IMG/VR virus record: IMGVR_UViG_3300010048_000014
Coordinates: 1-54,049 of that record
Source: a virus
Taxonomy: Duplodnaviria; Caudoviricetes
Reading direction: 5' to 3' (one strand)
DNA length: 54,049 bases
Shown here: in pieces, positions 16,248 to 26,274 of the stretch
How positions within the stretch are numbered: position 1 is the stretch's first letter
How the letters are laid out: the number at the start of each line of letters is the position of its first letter
The notes under the pieces: model-generated
The model's input: the letters and a program-made list of their open reading frames with translations, nothing else
Database searches by the model: none
What the model was told of the DNA's origin: nothing
Position numbers and translations under genes: made by a program

Positions 16248-18143
16248 CTATTGTGGCGACATCGGCATGCGCTTGATCGACATTTTGCTGCCTTTAAGCA
16301 CAACGGTATCAACCCCGGTGGCAGTATTCTTGGCAAACTGAACGCTTAGGGTTCCGGCGCTAGTACCGGGAATTATTGTGCCCTCGATTTTTACTATTCC
16401 TGCGGTTCCAGTCAGTGTTGAGCTTGCAACCACACTTCCCAGCGATGTGGCTTGCGTGTTGCCTTTGATGCCGTTGCCATCGCTATCGATAATATAACCG
16501 GCATAGATGCAAGTTGTCGTGTTCAACCCGCCGCTTGCCGTCATTTGACACTGGATGCCACCCGCTGCCGCGCAGGTAAAGAAAAGCGTTGCCTCGAAAT
16601 TGTAAGCTACCGCTGGAACGGCGGACGCGCCAGCAAGGGTTTGCAGCACAGCCGAAAGCCCGGTCGCGGTAACCATGGTGGCGTTAGTGACATGGACGTC
16701 AGCAGGCGCGTATAGCTGATAGTCCTCGTTCCACGCCGGGATGGAACCGTTGGGATCGACCAGCCCTTTGCACGCGCCGCCTAGCAGGGCGACGTTGTTG
16801 ATGGAAATCTGATTAGCCCCGCTGTCGAACCGGAACATGTAACAGCCGACAGACGGCTCATTCATCATCAGGTTAACAAAACAAGAAGTGGCACAGTTAT
16901 TGACGTAAATGATCCGGCCTGTACTGCCGCCGCCAATGGTCTGCAAATTGCTGATCATGGCGTTACCGAGGTTGGTGCAATTAAGCGCGTGATTTAGAAA
17001 GTTCTCCATTGAGCAGTTGGTAAGCAAAAAATCGCTAGTCAGTGTCAAATTGATATTGCAACAGTCAACAAAACCGAATGTGCCCTCTCCGTTAAATTTG
17101 CAGTTCGCGATCTTTCCGCCACCGCTGTTGACCTGCTTAAGTCCGGTCGCAGAGCTACCGCTGCGGGCATTAAAGGTGCAGTTCATAACGCACCAGTCGC
17201 CCGCGTCCGCGTTAACTGTATTAGTGATGCTCAGGCCAATATTGACGGGGTGATTGAGGATGCAGCTTTCCATCACCCAGCCAGCGCCAACGTTGACCTC
17301 AACGTTGATATAAAATTCCGCAACATACAGATTGAAAAAGTTTACTGTCGGGTCGAGTTGCGCAAATGTGGTTGTGATGCCCTTTGACCCCGCCACCGCC
17401 GTCGATGAAGCGTTGCAGATGATGGCCAGATTGTTGAAAGTCAGTTGCCCGCTGTTAACACTGAAGACCGCGACCGAATTACTGTTGCATTTTACACAGC
17501 TTGAAACATATGGGCCGCTAACATCGTGAACACTGTCCCAATAGTTACCGCCGCCCTGACCGCTCACTAGACCATGGGCAGTAATAGTAGTGAGCGCCCC
17601 GGTGACTTGATACCAATTTGCCGTAGCAGGGAAAAGCAACTCACCAGCGCCAGCGGAATTAAAAGCGGCAATGGCGGCATTGATAGCGGCGGTATCGTCA
17701 GTGACGCCGTTGCCGACCGCGCCATAGACCTGAACATTGAAAACACCAGCACTGCCGGGATTTGTTAAAACACCAGCGGCAAAATTAAGACCGGCACCGA
17801 CTGTCGCCTCTCCTACTATCCCCGCATTGTCGTAAATTATCTTATTGGTGGTGCCGCCGGTTATCGGTGATGTGCCGATGGCCAAGCCTATTCCGGTATT
17901 GCTGAGGACACCGCCGCTAAAGCTTAGACCAGCACCTACCGTTCCTTCCGCAAGCACCTGATTATTGTCGTACAGTATCTTGTTGTTGACGCCGCCGGTA
18001 ATGACGGTCGTGCCCGGCTGGAGATTGGCTGAAAATGTTGACCCCCCGTCTTGGATCACACCATCGGTCACCCACGTACTTAGATGCCCCGGTGTGACAT
18101 TACCGGATTGCAGGATTTTGTTTGAAGGGTTGCCGTCAGTCAT
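16248..18143 (-). CDS. Tailspike with pectate-lyase-like right-handed beta-helix
   Basis: FNVQVYGAVGNGVTDDTAAINAAI motif followed by Asn/Cys ladder repeats. Confidence 0.85.
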   Translation of the reverse strand: MTDGNPSNKILQSGNVTPGHLSTWVTDGVIQDGGSTFSANLQPGTTVITGGVNNKILYDNNQVLAEGTVGAGLSFSGGVLSNTGIGLAIGTSPITGGTTNKIIYDNAGIVGEATVGAGLNFAAGVLTNPGSAGVFNVQVYGAVGNGVTDDTAAINAAIAAFNSAGAGELLFPATANWYQVTGALTTITAHGLVSGQGGGNYWDSVHDVSGPYVSSCVKCNSNSVAVFSVNSGQLTFNNLAIICNASSTAVAGSKGITTTFAQLDPTVNFFNLYVAEFYINVEVNVGAGWVMESCILNHPVNIGLSITNTVNADAGDWCVMNCTFNARSGSSATGLKQVNSGGGKIANCKFNGEGTFGFVDCCNINLTLTSDFLLTNCSMENFLNHALNCTNLGNAMISNLQTIGGGSTGRIIYVNNCATSCFVNLMMNEPSVGCYMFRFDSGANQISINNVALLGGACKGLVDPNGSIPAWNEDYQLYAPADVHVTNATMVTATGLSAVLQTLAGASAVPAVAYNFEATLFFTCAAAGGIQCQMTASGGLNTTTCIYAGYIIDSDGNGIKGNTQATSLGSVVASSTLTGTAGIVKIEGTIIPGTSAGTLSVQFAKNTATGVDTVVLKGSKMSIKRMPMSPQ

Positions 18144-18418
18144 CCGATCCTCCAGTTTGTACCGTCAGAATACACAGGAACAGTATTGGACCCGCCGCCT
18201 GAAACTACACTGGCGAAGGTAGTGGCCGTCGCGTCACTCACCATTGTCCGCAGTCCTGGGTTATCGAGCGCAAGGGGCAGAGCTGAAACCAGCATAGGAA
18301 GCGCGCCGAAATCGCTGATCGGAACACCGCTGTCCTGTACGACGCCGTCCGTTACCCAAACCGGAATATGGCCCGGAGTGACAAACCCGCACTGCAAAAC
18401 CTTGTTGTGCGCTGCCAT
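18140..18418 (-). CDS. Small tail accessory protein sharing its N-terminal motif with the tailspike
   Basis: KVLQCGFVTPGHIPVWVTDGVVQDSG versus KILQSGNVTPGHLSTWVTDGVIQDGG. Confidence 0.75.
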   Translation of the reverse strand: MAAHNKVLQCGFVTPGHIPVWVTDGVVQDSGVPISDFGALPMLVSALPLALDNPGLRTMVSDATATTFASVVSGGGSNTVPVYSDGTNWRIG

Positions 18419-18433
18419 GGGGTGAAGAATACC

Positions 18434-21400
18434 CTAGCAGACAGGGGTGGGCAAAACCGTAAAGCTGTAGGTATTTGAGAAGAAATTGGCGGCAATTGCA
18501 GAGACCTTCCAAGTGCCGACTTGGTTAAGCTCGTTCTGAGCGAAGGTATAAACGATATACTCACCGCCGATCTCGTCGTTAATCCGTATCTGAGTTATTG
18601 TCGGTTTACCGATGAAAGCGAAATCCGGATCGCCAACTTGGAGCGTCCCGTCCGGGCGCGTGAATGTCAGCAGTATTCGTCCGCCAGTCAGGAATGGGCC
18701 GACATAGAAGATCATCGTCCATGGCTTGTTCACTATTGGCTGATTGCCAAGGATGTAGCCCTGCACGGTGTCGATGGTGAACAGCCCTTGAGAACGGCGG
18801 CTGCGGACGGGCGGGATAACTGGCGGGATGAACGGGAAGACGATCCCGGTATCGCCAATGACCAGCGCCGATCCCTTGCGTCCATAAGAAGCTGGCCAGC
18901 GGAATGTAACCGGGGGGCCTTCGTAGAACGGTGGGGGCGGTGCTGGCGCAACGAAGATAAACGGCGCTTCGGTGCCGTCGTCGCCCCTGAGAATGCCACC
19001 TCGCCACTGTCGCGGCCAATGCGGGGGTTGGGCGAAGGTCTGTTCCCAGCCCCAGTTAAACCACGGGGTAAGCGGGACCTGATTGCCAACATCGCCGAAC
19101 AGGAAGGCCCCGCGCCTCTCCCAGCGGTTCCTGGGCGGCGGCGGCGGCTGTATCTCCCAACCCCAATTGCGCCACTGTACGTAGGGAGCCTCGTTGCCCG
19201 GATCGCCGATAAGGATCGCTCCTCGACGCTCCCACGGTCGCCGGGGTGGTGGAGGCGGCTGAACCTCCCATCCCCAGTTCCGCCACATCTGGTAGATGTT
19301 CTCGCTGCCGTCATCGCCACGCAGGAAGGCACCACGGTATTGCCGGGGCCAATGCGGCGGTTGCCACGGCTGCACCTCCCAGCCCGCATTGTTCCAAAAG
19401 ATAAACGGAAGCTCGTTGCCCTGATCGCCGCCGACTAGCGCCGCGAACCGTTCCGGTCGCGGATGCCGATCCTGGCTCTCCATGACCTCAAAGAAGTTAA
19501 GCGGCACCTGCGCCGGGGGGACGAAGATAAAGACGGCCTCAGTGCCGGTATCTCCGGTATCCGGGGATTTCCACAGCGGATGCTTGGGCTGTGCTTGGGT
19601 TTGCTCCCAGCCGAAGTTAAGCCAGTAGTTGAAGATGTTTTCCGATCCGTCATCGCCGCGCATCAAAGCGCCTGATCGCTCTGGGCGCGGATGTGGCGGC
19701 TGCGGCGGGATGATCTCCCAGCCACCATTGATCCAGTTGTAAAAGACGTAGCTAGTGCCGTCGTCGCCCTTTAGCGTATGGCCACGGAACAGCCGGTGCG
19801 GCGGCTGCGGGTGCTGGACCTCCCAGCCCCAGTTTCTCCATTGCTGGTAGGGAAGCTCGATTGCATCGACGCCCGCTAGGCCGTGTCCCCTTCGCACAGG
19901 ATGCGGTGGCGGCGGGGGCTGTATATCCCAGCCCCAGTTAAACCAATTGATCAGCGGGGCATCGGTGCCGTCTGGACCGCGCATAAACGCGGCAGATCGC
20001 TCCCAGCGCCGCCGGGGGTCCTGACTGAAGGTCGGGTCGAACGGCCATGCGACGAAGCCGGGCGGGATGAAGGTAAACGTAGCCTCGTTGCCAGCGTCCC
20101 CCACGTCAGGAGACTTCCAGAACCTGTGAACCGGTTGGGTGGCCGTCTGCTCAAAACCGAACGGGAAGAAATTGATAAGGCCAAAATCTATCCCCAGTGG
20201 GTCGCCGATAGATGGCGCTTTCCAGATTGGGTGGCGGGTATAGGCATGGGATTGTTCCCAGCCCCAGTTCAGCCAATTGACAAATGGCAGCGTAGTGCCG
20301 TCATCGCCGCGCAGACCGTGCCCCCTGAACCATCTGTGAGGCGGCTGTGGAGGCTGTACTTCCCATCCGGCATTACGCCAGAATTGATAGAACGGCAGTC
20401 CGCTGGTGTCGCCTACTTCTAAGATACTGGGCAGTGTGTAACGCGACTGCCTGAACAGCGGTGGGGCAACCTCCCATCCGGTGTTGATCCATTGTCGGAA
20501 CGGAAACTGGATGCCCTGATCGCCAAAGTCAGGCTGCTTCCACCATTTGTGTATTGGTTGGGTGTAAATCTGATCGAACGGCCACGCGACAAGTACTGGT
20601 GCGGCCGCCACAAATGGAGCTTCCGTCCCGGTGTCGCCAATATCTGGCGAGTTAAACCTACGATGCGGCGGCTGCGCAAAAGTCTGTTCCCAGCCAAAGT
20701 TGATCCAGCGGTCAAAGAACGCGAACTCGCTGCGGTGCTTGAGCGCGGACATCGTGCGCGCTGGTCGGCGCTGCATGTAGTATGCAGTTTCAAAGAAATT
20801 CAATTGAGGAACGACTGCTGCTGCTACGGGCGGAAAGACCCCCTCTGGAAACAAGGAAGGTCTAGTTAGGGGCGGCTTCCAAAAGGCAGTCGGCTGCATC
20901 TCCCAGCCAAAATTCTGCCAATTGATCAGCGGCCACTCCTGCCCGTCTTCCTTTGGCATGACCGCCCCTGCGCGCCTCTCTATCGCCAAGTGTGGCGGTG
21001 GAGGCGGCTGCACTTCCCAGCCAAAATTATTCCAGAGAATGAATGGCCACTCTTGGCCATCCTCCTTTGGCATCATCGCTCCGCGCCGCTCTTTCGGTAG
21101 ATGCGGTGGCGGGGGCGGCTGTATCTCCCACCCGGCATTGATCCACAGGGGATAGAACGCAAATCCGGGGGTTTGCCTTAAGCCAGAACTACGGTTGTTG
21201 AAGGCAATGCGAGGTGGTGGCGGTTGCACTTCCCAGCCTGCATTCCGCCATAGTTGAAACGGCAGTTCGTTGCTATCAATACCCCGCATAACCGCAGCGG
21301 CAGCCTTACGGCGCGTCGGTTGCTGAACCAACGGCATTGTTTCGCGACTGCCTTGCTGATCAAACCCCCCTATCACTTGCTGCAATCCGGTAACAACAGC

Positions 21401-22021
21401 CCCCCAAACACCAGTCGTACCCAAGGTCGGATTGAAAATAATGGTGGCTACGGTAGCGCCACCGATTTGATTGCCGCCGCCAAGACCGCGTGTGGTACTG
21501 CCGGTAACAGCAGTAAATGGCGTCGCCCAGTTATGTGTCGCATCTTGAGTATAGGTCCCGCTATTGCCGTAGCCCACGCAGGCAATGAACAGTGAACCGC
21601 TTCGTTGTGGCGTCCCTGACGTAACCGAAGGCGAAGTGCTGGAGCCGGTAGCGGTATTGTTTATTCCGGTATCGATAAGGCCGAGTGTGCCTTGAGCAAA
21701 GAATGCCGAAACGCAAGCGACGGTGCCGGAAGCACCCTTCGTATAGGTGATAGTATTTGCCGCTGTAAGTGCGGTTTTAACTGGTGCGGTGAAGATACGA
21801 ACGAACCCGTTGGTTCCCTGCGCATTGTTAAGTCCAACTAACGTACCGCCAGTATAAACATTGCTGCCGCTATCAGTGCATGACCCGCTGCCGCTGGTCG
21901 AGGCATCACAGACCGCGATAACAATCATTGCACCTACCGGCACGGCAATACCGGTAGTGATCGCAACAGTCGCGCCGCTGGTTGACGAACCGGTCGTGAT
22001 ATTGGTGACGGATATCGTCAT
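18434..22021 (-). CDS. 1195-aa protein with Ser/Thr-rich beta domain, over 20 Trp/Pro-rich repeats and a C-terminal BppU-like domain (tentative)
   Basis: 16 WxNxGW[ED] motifs counted, plus degenerate copies; C-terminal FTRPDGT...YTFAQNELNQVGTWKV. Confidence 0.8.
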   Translation of the reverse strand: MTISVTNITTGSSTSGATVAITTGIAVPVGAMIVIAVCDASTSGSGSCTDSGSNVYTGGTLVGLNNAQGTNGFVRIFTAPVKTALTAANTITYTKGASGTVACVSAFFAQGTLGLIDTGINNTATGSSTSPSVTSGTPQRSGSLFIACVGYGNSGTYTQDATHNWATPFTAVTGSTTRGLGGGNQIGGATVATIIFNPTLGTTGVWGAVVTGLQQVIGGFDQQGSRETMPLVQQPTRRKAAAAVMRGIDSNELPFQLWRNAGWEVQPPPPRIAFNNRSSGLRQTPGFAFYPLWINAGWEIQPPPPPHLPKERRGAMMPKEDGQEWPFILWNNFGWEVQPPPPPHLAIERRAGAVMPKEDGQEWPLINWQNFGWEMQPTAFWKPPLTRPSLFPEGVFPPVAAAVVPQLNFFETAYYMQRRPARTMSALKHRSEFAFFDRWINFGWEQTFAQPPHRRFNSPDIGDTGTEAPFVAAAPVLVAWPFDQIYTQPIHKWWKQPDFGDQGIQFPFRQWINTGWEVAPPLFRQSRYTLPSILEVGDTSGLPFYQFWRNAGWEVQPPQPPHRWFRGHGLRGDDGTTLPFVNWLNWGWEQSHAYTRHPIWKAPSIGDPLGIDFGLINFFPFGFEQTATQPVHRFWKSPDVGDAGNEATFTFIPPGFVAWPFDPTFSQDPRRRWERSAAFMRGPDGTDAPLINWFNWGWDIQPPPPPHPVRRGHGLAGVDAIELPYQQWRNWGWEVQHPQPPHRLFRGHTLKGDDGTSYVFYNWINGGWEIIPPQPPHPRPERSGALMRGDDGSENIFNYWLNFGWEQTQAQPKHPLWKSPDTGDTGTEAVFIFVPPAQVPLNFFEVMESQDRHPRPERFAALVGGDQGNELPFIFWNNAGWEVQPWQPPHWPRQYRGAFLRGDDGSENIYQMWRNWGWEVQPPPPPRRPWERRGAILIGDPGNEAPYVQWRNWGWEIQPPPPPRNRWERRGAFLFGDVGNQVPLTPWFNWGWEQTFAQPPHWPRQWRGGILRGDDGTEAPFIFVAPAPPPPFYEGPPVTFRWPASYGRKGSALVIGDTGIVFPFIPPVIPPVRSRRSQGLFTIDTVQGYILGNQPIVNKPWTMIFYVGPFLTGGRILLTFTRPDGTLQVGDPDFAFIGKPTITQIRINDEIGGEYIVYTFAQNELNQVGTWKVSAIAANFFSNTYSFTVLPTPVC

Positions 22022-22033
22022 AGACCGATTTTA

Positions 22034-22966
22034 TCACAGGACGTTCTGCACCCATCCGGCGACGTCATACGTCACTATTACTGTCGGCAATGCCTCTGAC
22101 AGAGAGATAATCCAAATTTCCCCTCTAGCCCCGTTACCTCCAGCCCCAGAAACAATGCCAGTATTACTGGCACCACCGCCCCCGCCCGCCCCGCCGGGAG
22201 CGCCGCCATTACCGCCAACACCTGGATTGGTGGCATCTGCGGCCCCGCCACCACCGGCCGATCCGGCGGTCATGAAAGCAGACCCAGATGAGCCATTACC
22301 TCCAGGCAGCGTACCGCCAGCAACCCCGGCAGTACCTCCCGTCAGAAACTTGGCTGTGCCACCGGCACCGCCACTGAAATAGGTGATAGTTGCATCATGG
22401 CCTCCACCAGCACCGGCTCCGCCTCCGCCCGCATATCCGGGTCCGCCAGCAAGCCCAGTATTGCCGTTTTGACCGCTACCACCACCGCCGCCAGTAAAGA
22501 AAGCTCCAGCACCGCCAACAGTATTGACAGTAGCGCCGCCGCCGCCGCCGTTTGTAAATTGAGAAGCACCATTGCCGCCGTTTGACGATCCCGACTGTCC
22601 TGCCCCTCCAGAGCCGCCGCCGAACGCTGTAACCGTGACGCCGTTGATGGTAAAAGTCGTATTGTTGCCGGTAGTCCCAGCATTACCATTGCCATCCGCC
22701 ACCGCACCAGCACCGCCGCTAACTTGCGCGGCTACGCTGTAACTTTCTGTCGATGCGAATTGGCTCGCTGGGTATGTTCGGTCGAAACAAAACGCTCCAC
22801 CACCACCACCGCCGCCAGAACGAACAAGAGCACCTGCCCTAGCGCCAGAACCACCGCTGCCGCCGCCGCCAATAAGAATGACGCGGATATATTTCACACC
22901 CCATGACGGCATGGTCCACGTACCGGAGCCGCTGGTGTAATTATCAACCTGACAGGTGATCGCCAC
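22034..22966 (-). CDS. Glycine-rich tail/adhesin protein, paralog 3
   Basis: YTSGSGTWT.P...IRVILIGGGGSGG...GARGEIWIIS framework. Confidence 0.8.
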   Translation of the reverse strand: MAITCQVDNYTSGSGTWTMPSWGVKYIRVILIGGGGSGGSGARAGALVRSGGGGGGGAFCFDRTYPASQFASTESYSVAAQVSGGAGAVADGNGNAGTTGNNTTFTINGVTVTAFGGGSGGAGQSGSSNGGNGASQFTNGGGGGATVNTVGGAGAFFTGGGGGSGQNGNTGLAGGPGYAGGGGAGAGGGHDATITYFSGGAGGTAKFLTGGTAGVAGGTLPGGNGSSGSAFMTAGSAGGGGAADATNPGVGGNGGAPGGAGGGGGASNTGIVSGAGGNGARGEIWIISLSEALPTVIVTYDVAGWVQNVL

Positions 22967-22973
22967 AGATCAC

Positions 22974-23864
22974 CTATGGCCCATCTTCGGCAATAGAAAT
23001 GATCCAAATTTCGCCACGCGCGCCCGCGCCGCCAGCGCCGGAATTAACGCCGTTATTCGAGGCCCCGCCGCCGCCACCAGCGCCCCCAGGAGCGCCGCCA
23101 TCGCCGCCCTTGCCGGGAGTTGTTGCATCGGCAGCGCCACCTCCGCCGCCAGCACCAGACGTCATAAAGGCGGACCCGGAGGCCCCATTACCTCCTGCCG
23201 TAGCGCCAGCAGTAACTCCAGCGGTTCCTCCGGTTAGAAATTTGGCCGTACCTCCAGCGCTAGCGCTAAAATAAGTGATGGTCGCGTCATGACCACCTGC
23301 GCCCCCTCCGCCACCGCCACCTGCATATGCTGGACCGCCAGCGCCATTTGCGTTGCCAGTAACCGATACTCCGCCCCCGCCGCCACCAGTAAAGAAAGCT
23401 GATGCGCCACCCACACCGCCGCTGGTCCCACCACCGCCACCGCCGCCATTTGTAAATTGAGAAGCCCCGTTGCCACCATTAGAGGCGGTCGTATTGCCTC
23501 CATTTCCGGAACCACCGCCGAAGGCCGTGACCGTAACGCCATTGATCGTAAACGTAGTATTGCTGCCAGTAGTGCCAACCGCACCAAGGGTGTTGTCAGT
23601 CGTTATCGCCGCCCCGCCGTTGACCTGCGCGCCAACAGTATATGTTTCGGTCGCCGCAAATTGACTGGCTGGATAAGTACGATCAAAACAAAAACCACCA
23701 CCGCCGCCAGAACCGCCAGTTGAGGCGGCTGATCCACGACGACCAGAACCGCCAGAGCCACCACCACCGACAAGAATAACGCGGATATATTTCGCGAAAG
23801 CCGGTTTAGTCCAAGTCAATCCAGAACCAGAGGTATAATTGTCTACCTGACATGTCACTGGCAC
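22974..23864 (-). CDS. Glycine-rich tail/adhesin protein, paralog 2
   Basis: Closely similar to 22034-22966. Confidence 0.8.
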   Translation of the reverse strand: MPVTCQVDNYTSGSGLTWTKPAFAKYIRVILVGGGGSGGSGRRGSAASTGGSGGGGGFCFDRTYPASQFAATETYTVGAQVNGGAAITTDNTLGAVGTTGSNTTFTINGVTVTAFGGGSGNGGNTTASNGGNGASQFTNGGGGGGGTSGGVGGASAFFTGGGGGGVSVTGNANGAGGPAYAGGGGGGGAGGHDATITYFSASAGGTAKFLTGGTAGVTAGATAGGNGASGSAFMTSGAGGGGGAADATTPGKGGDGGAPGGAGGGGGASNNGVNSGAGGAGARGEIWIISIAEDGP

Positions 23865-24769
23865 ACCACCACAACGAGGCCGCCGCCGCCAGCGCCGCCA
23901 GCAGAAGCTGTGCCACTAGTAATAGAGGCCGCGCCACCCCCGCCACCGGCAGCAGGAAAGCCACCGGGTTGACCGGCAACCGCTACCGTTGCGCTTGCTT
24001 GTCCGCCAGTACCAGACGAACCAAACCCAGCACACTGATACAAAAACATAATGATATCGCCGTTAAAGCCAGGAATACCCTGACTAGCGCCAGCACCAGC
24101 AGCAATTAAACCAGAATTGCCGCCGAAGCCGCCGCCATTGTAAGCGGGGACCGTTGTCTTGCCGCCACCACTTGCCCCAGCGGCACCGCCAAAACCAGAA
24201 TTACTGCTATTCCCTTGAGTGCCTCCACCGCCAGTATTACTGGAACCACTCCCGCCTGGAATACTCATGGTTCCACCACCTCCCTGTCCAGTTGTTCCCC
24301 CACCACCGACCAAAGTTGAACCGGCTGCGCCAGCAGTGTTCGATGAACTTCCCGAACCGCCAGCCGCTGATGGAGCACCCGCGCCGCCGCCGCCAGCGCC
24401 GGTCGTGCCGCCACCGCCACCACCACCACCGCCGAATGAACTGATCTGCGCCAACACATTGCCGCCGAACGTTGACGTGCCGCCTACTCCACCCGCACCA
24501 CCACCAGTGCCTGTACCCGCCGTGCCCGCCGATCCGGCCGCGCCGACAGCATACGGCTCAGTCGCTCCCATGTTGGAGATCAGACAGGTCACATCGACCA
24601 AACAACTACCCCCACCGCCGCCGCCACCAGTCGCCGCAGTCGCAGACGCTTGAGTGTCTCCACCACCCCCGCCACCGCCGCCGCCAACAATAAAGATACG
24701 GGCGATGGTCGCCCCGGCTGGTTTATTCCAGTTACCGCTGCCGGTTGTAAAACACTGAATATCGAGCAT
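23855..24769 (-). CDS. Glycine-rich tail/adhesin protein, paralog 1
   Basis: FTTGSGNWNKP...IFIVGGGGGGG...GGGGLVVVV. Confidence 0.8.
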   Translation of the reverse strand: MLDIQCFTTGSGNWNKPAGATIARIFIVGGGGGGGGGDTQASATAATGGGGGGGSCLVDVTCLISNMGATEPYAVGAAGSAGTAGTGTGGGAGGVGGTSTFGGNVLAQISSFGGGGGGGGGTTGAGGGGAGAPSAAGGSGSSSNTAGAAGSTLVGGGGTTGQGGGGTMSIPGGSGSSNTGGGGTQGNSSNSGFGGAAGASGGGKTTVPAYNGGGFGGNSGLIAAGAGASQGIPGFNGDIIMFLYQCAGFGSSGTGGQASATVAVAGQPGGFPAAGGGGGAASITSGTASAGGAGGGGLVVVVCQ

Positions 24770-25252
24770 TTATTGCCACCACCATGGATGGGAGACAGCG
24801 TGGGTGTAGACCTTGGATATTTTCCCGGCCGCCCAAAACAGACTGTCTATTTGTGAGTTTGTAAAAACCGCAGCGGTGTAGATCGTCACCCAGTTTGGGT
24901 CCATCCGCTCGAATTGATCAATGGTGTACCACCACGTCTGAACTGACGGGTTATTGGTAACGTCATTTTCGATCTGAGTTTTGACATTAGCGTTGATAAT
25001 CGCTTGCCGGATTGCCCATGTCGGCTGCGGCGACACCACGGTTGCCAACCCAATATTTTCTGCCGCAGCAATCGCCGCTGCCAAGTTGGCTGGAACTGCA
25101 TTAGGAGGAACACGGTCCTGTGGGACATAGGTAACGTAGCCATCGGTCATGGTCAGAACGAATGTATAATTGACCGAGTTGTCCGGGTTGTGGCCGCGTA
25201 TCTGCCACGTAGTGCTCTGGACGGTCGGCGGCGTCAGCAAAACAATCGTCAT
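24770..25252 (-). CDS. Hypothetical tail-fibre-associated protein
   Basis: Operon position; start reassigned to ATG 25252. Confidence 0.65.
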   Translation of the reverse strand: MTIVLLTPPTVQSTTWQIRGHNPDNSVNYTFVLTMTDGYVTYVPQDRVPPNAVPANLAAAIAAAENIGLATVVSPQPTWAIRQAIINANVKTQIENDVTNNPSVQTWWYTIDQFERMDPNWVTIYTAAVFTNSQIDSLFWAAGKISKVYTHAVSHPWWWQ

Positions 25253-25256
25253 TTCA

Positions 25257-25973
25257 TCACCACTCAGCCCAAGCAAATCCGGTTAACAATGGCGGCGGCG
25301 GTGGAGGAGCAGGGAAAAATCCTGTCCACCGTGGCGTCTGCGGCGCAAAAGGCGCACCAAAAGCGAGGGCAGTGCCGGTCAGAGTGCCATTGCGCGCCCC
25401 ACCGCTCAAATCCGCCTCTGGCGATTGCAGTCCATCAATCGGCAACCACCAAACCATATTTGGTTCTCTGATAGTAAATGGACGGGCGCCTTGGGAAAGG
25501 CTTTTGACCTCAGCGGCAGTCAGTACCACATTCCAAACCGCACAGTCGGTCGCCCTCCCGGCTAGAAACCCAGTACCATCAGTGCCAACAGTTAAATTTC
25601 CAGTTGGAGCATTAGGCGCTGTAGTCGCAATAATGACGCCGGTTCCATTGACATAAATAATCGAATTGCCGCCGCCTGGATAAGTTATGGCAATGTGATA
25701 CCAAGTATTGGCGCTCGGTGGTGACGGAGCGCCAACAACATCAAGCCATGCTATGCCGCCAAACAATGCAGCAAATCTAGTACCGCCGCCGCTGCCGGTG
25801 ACAATGAATAAACCGTAACCGTTGCTAGCGCCGCTCCCCAAATACACAATTGGTTGCCGCGTCGTCGCAGTATTTGTTGTGTATCCCCAACCAGAGACAG
25901 TAAACGGCCCCGTAGTGGTTGTCGGCAATGAAGCCGTGATCTTATCCGTGGTGCCGTTGAAGCTGCGCGCCAT
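25257..25973 (-). CDS. LamG / concanavalin-A-like lectin domain protein
   Basis: SFNGT, FTVSGW, TWYHIAITY, IYVNG, CAVWNVVLTAAEV. Confidence 0.85.
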   Translation of the reverse strand: MARSFNGTTDKITASLPTTTTGPFTVSGWGYTTNTATTRQPIVYLGSGASNGYGLFIVTGSGGGTRFAALFGGIAWLDVVGAPSPPSANTWYHIAITYPGGGNSIIYVNGTGVIIATTAPNAPTGNLTVGTDGTGFLAGRATDCAVWNVVLTAAEVKSLSQGARPFTIREPNMVWWLPIDGLQSPEADLSGGARNGTLTGTALAFGAPFAPQTPRWTGFFPAPPPPPPLLTGFAWAEW

Positions 25974-26270
25974 TCAGATCAGCCCATAGCGTTTCATAAT
26001 CGCAAAGCAGATGAGTTCGGCTTTTTGCTGTGCTGTTGCGCTAGATACCGGGGCTGGTATTACAGAGTTCAGCGCCTGCACAACCGTCTGCGCGCCATGA
26101 CCGGCAGAGACAGCAGCGTTCAGTGTGGTATCAAAAGCATTGTCCACCGCTTGCACTGCGGCGTTGAGATCATCGACGGAGTAAATCGCTGTAAGTTGCG
26201 CGGCAACGAAGTGAATGTTAGCCCAATAAACCGAAGTGTCTCGAATTTGCTGCGGAGTAAGCGCGGCCAT
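25974..26270 (-). CDS. Hypothetical protein
   Basis: Abutting genes in late operon. Confidence 0.75.
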   Translation of the reverse strand: MAALTPQQIRDTSVYWANIHFVAAQLTAIYSVDDLNAAVQAVDNAFDTTLNAAVSAGHGAQTVVQALNSVIPAPVSSATAQQKAELICFAIMKRYGLI

Positions 26271-26274
26271 GAAC

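Noticed and set aside
18830-21275. Repeat cores (WxNWGW) as a multi-core RiPP precursor, reminiscent of darobactin WNW
   Set aside because: No radical SAM enzyme, protease or transporter in the window; repeats sit between virion-type domains
21861-24693. Pro-rich plus-strand ORFs
   Set aside because: Antisense shadows of Gly-rich genes (GGN codons read as NCC)
22034-24769. Diversity-generating retroelement template/variable repeats
   Set aside because: No reverse transcriptase; similarity spans whole paralogous genes and differences do not look adenine-specific
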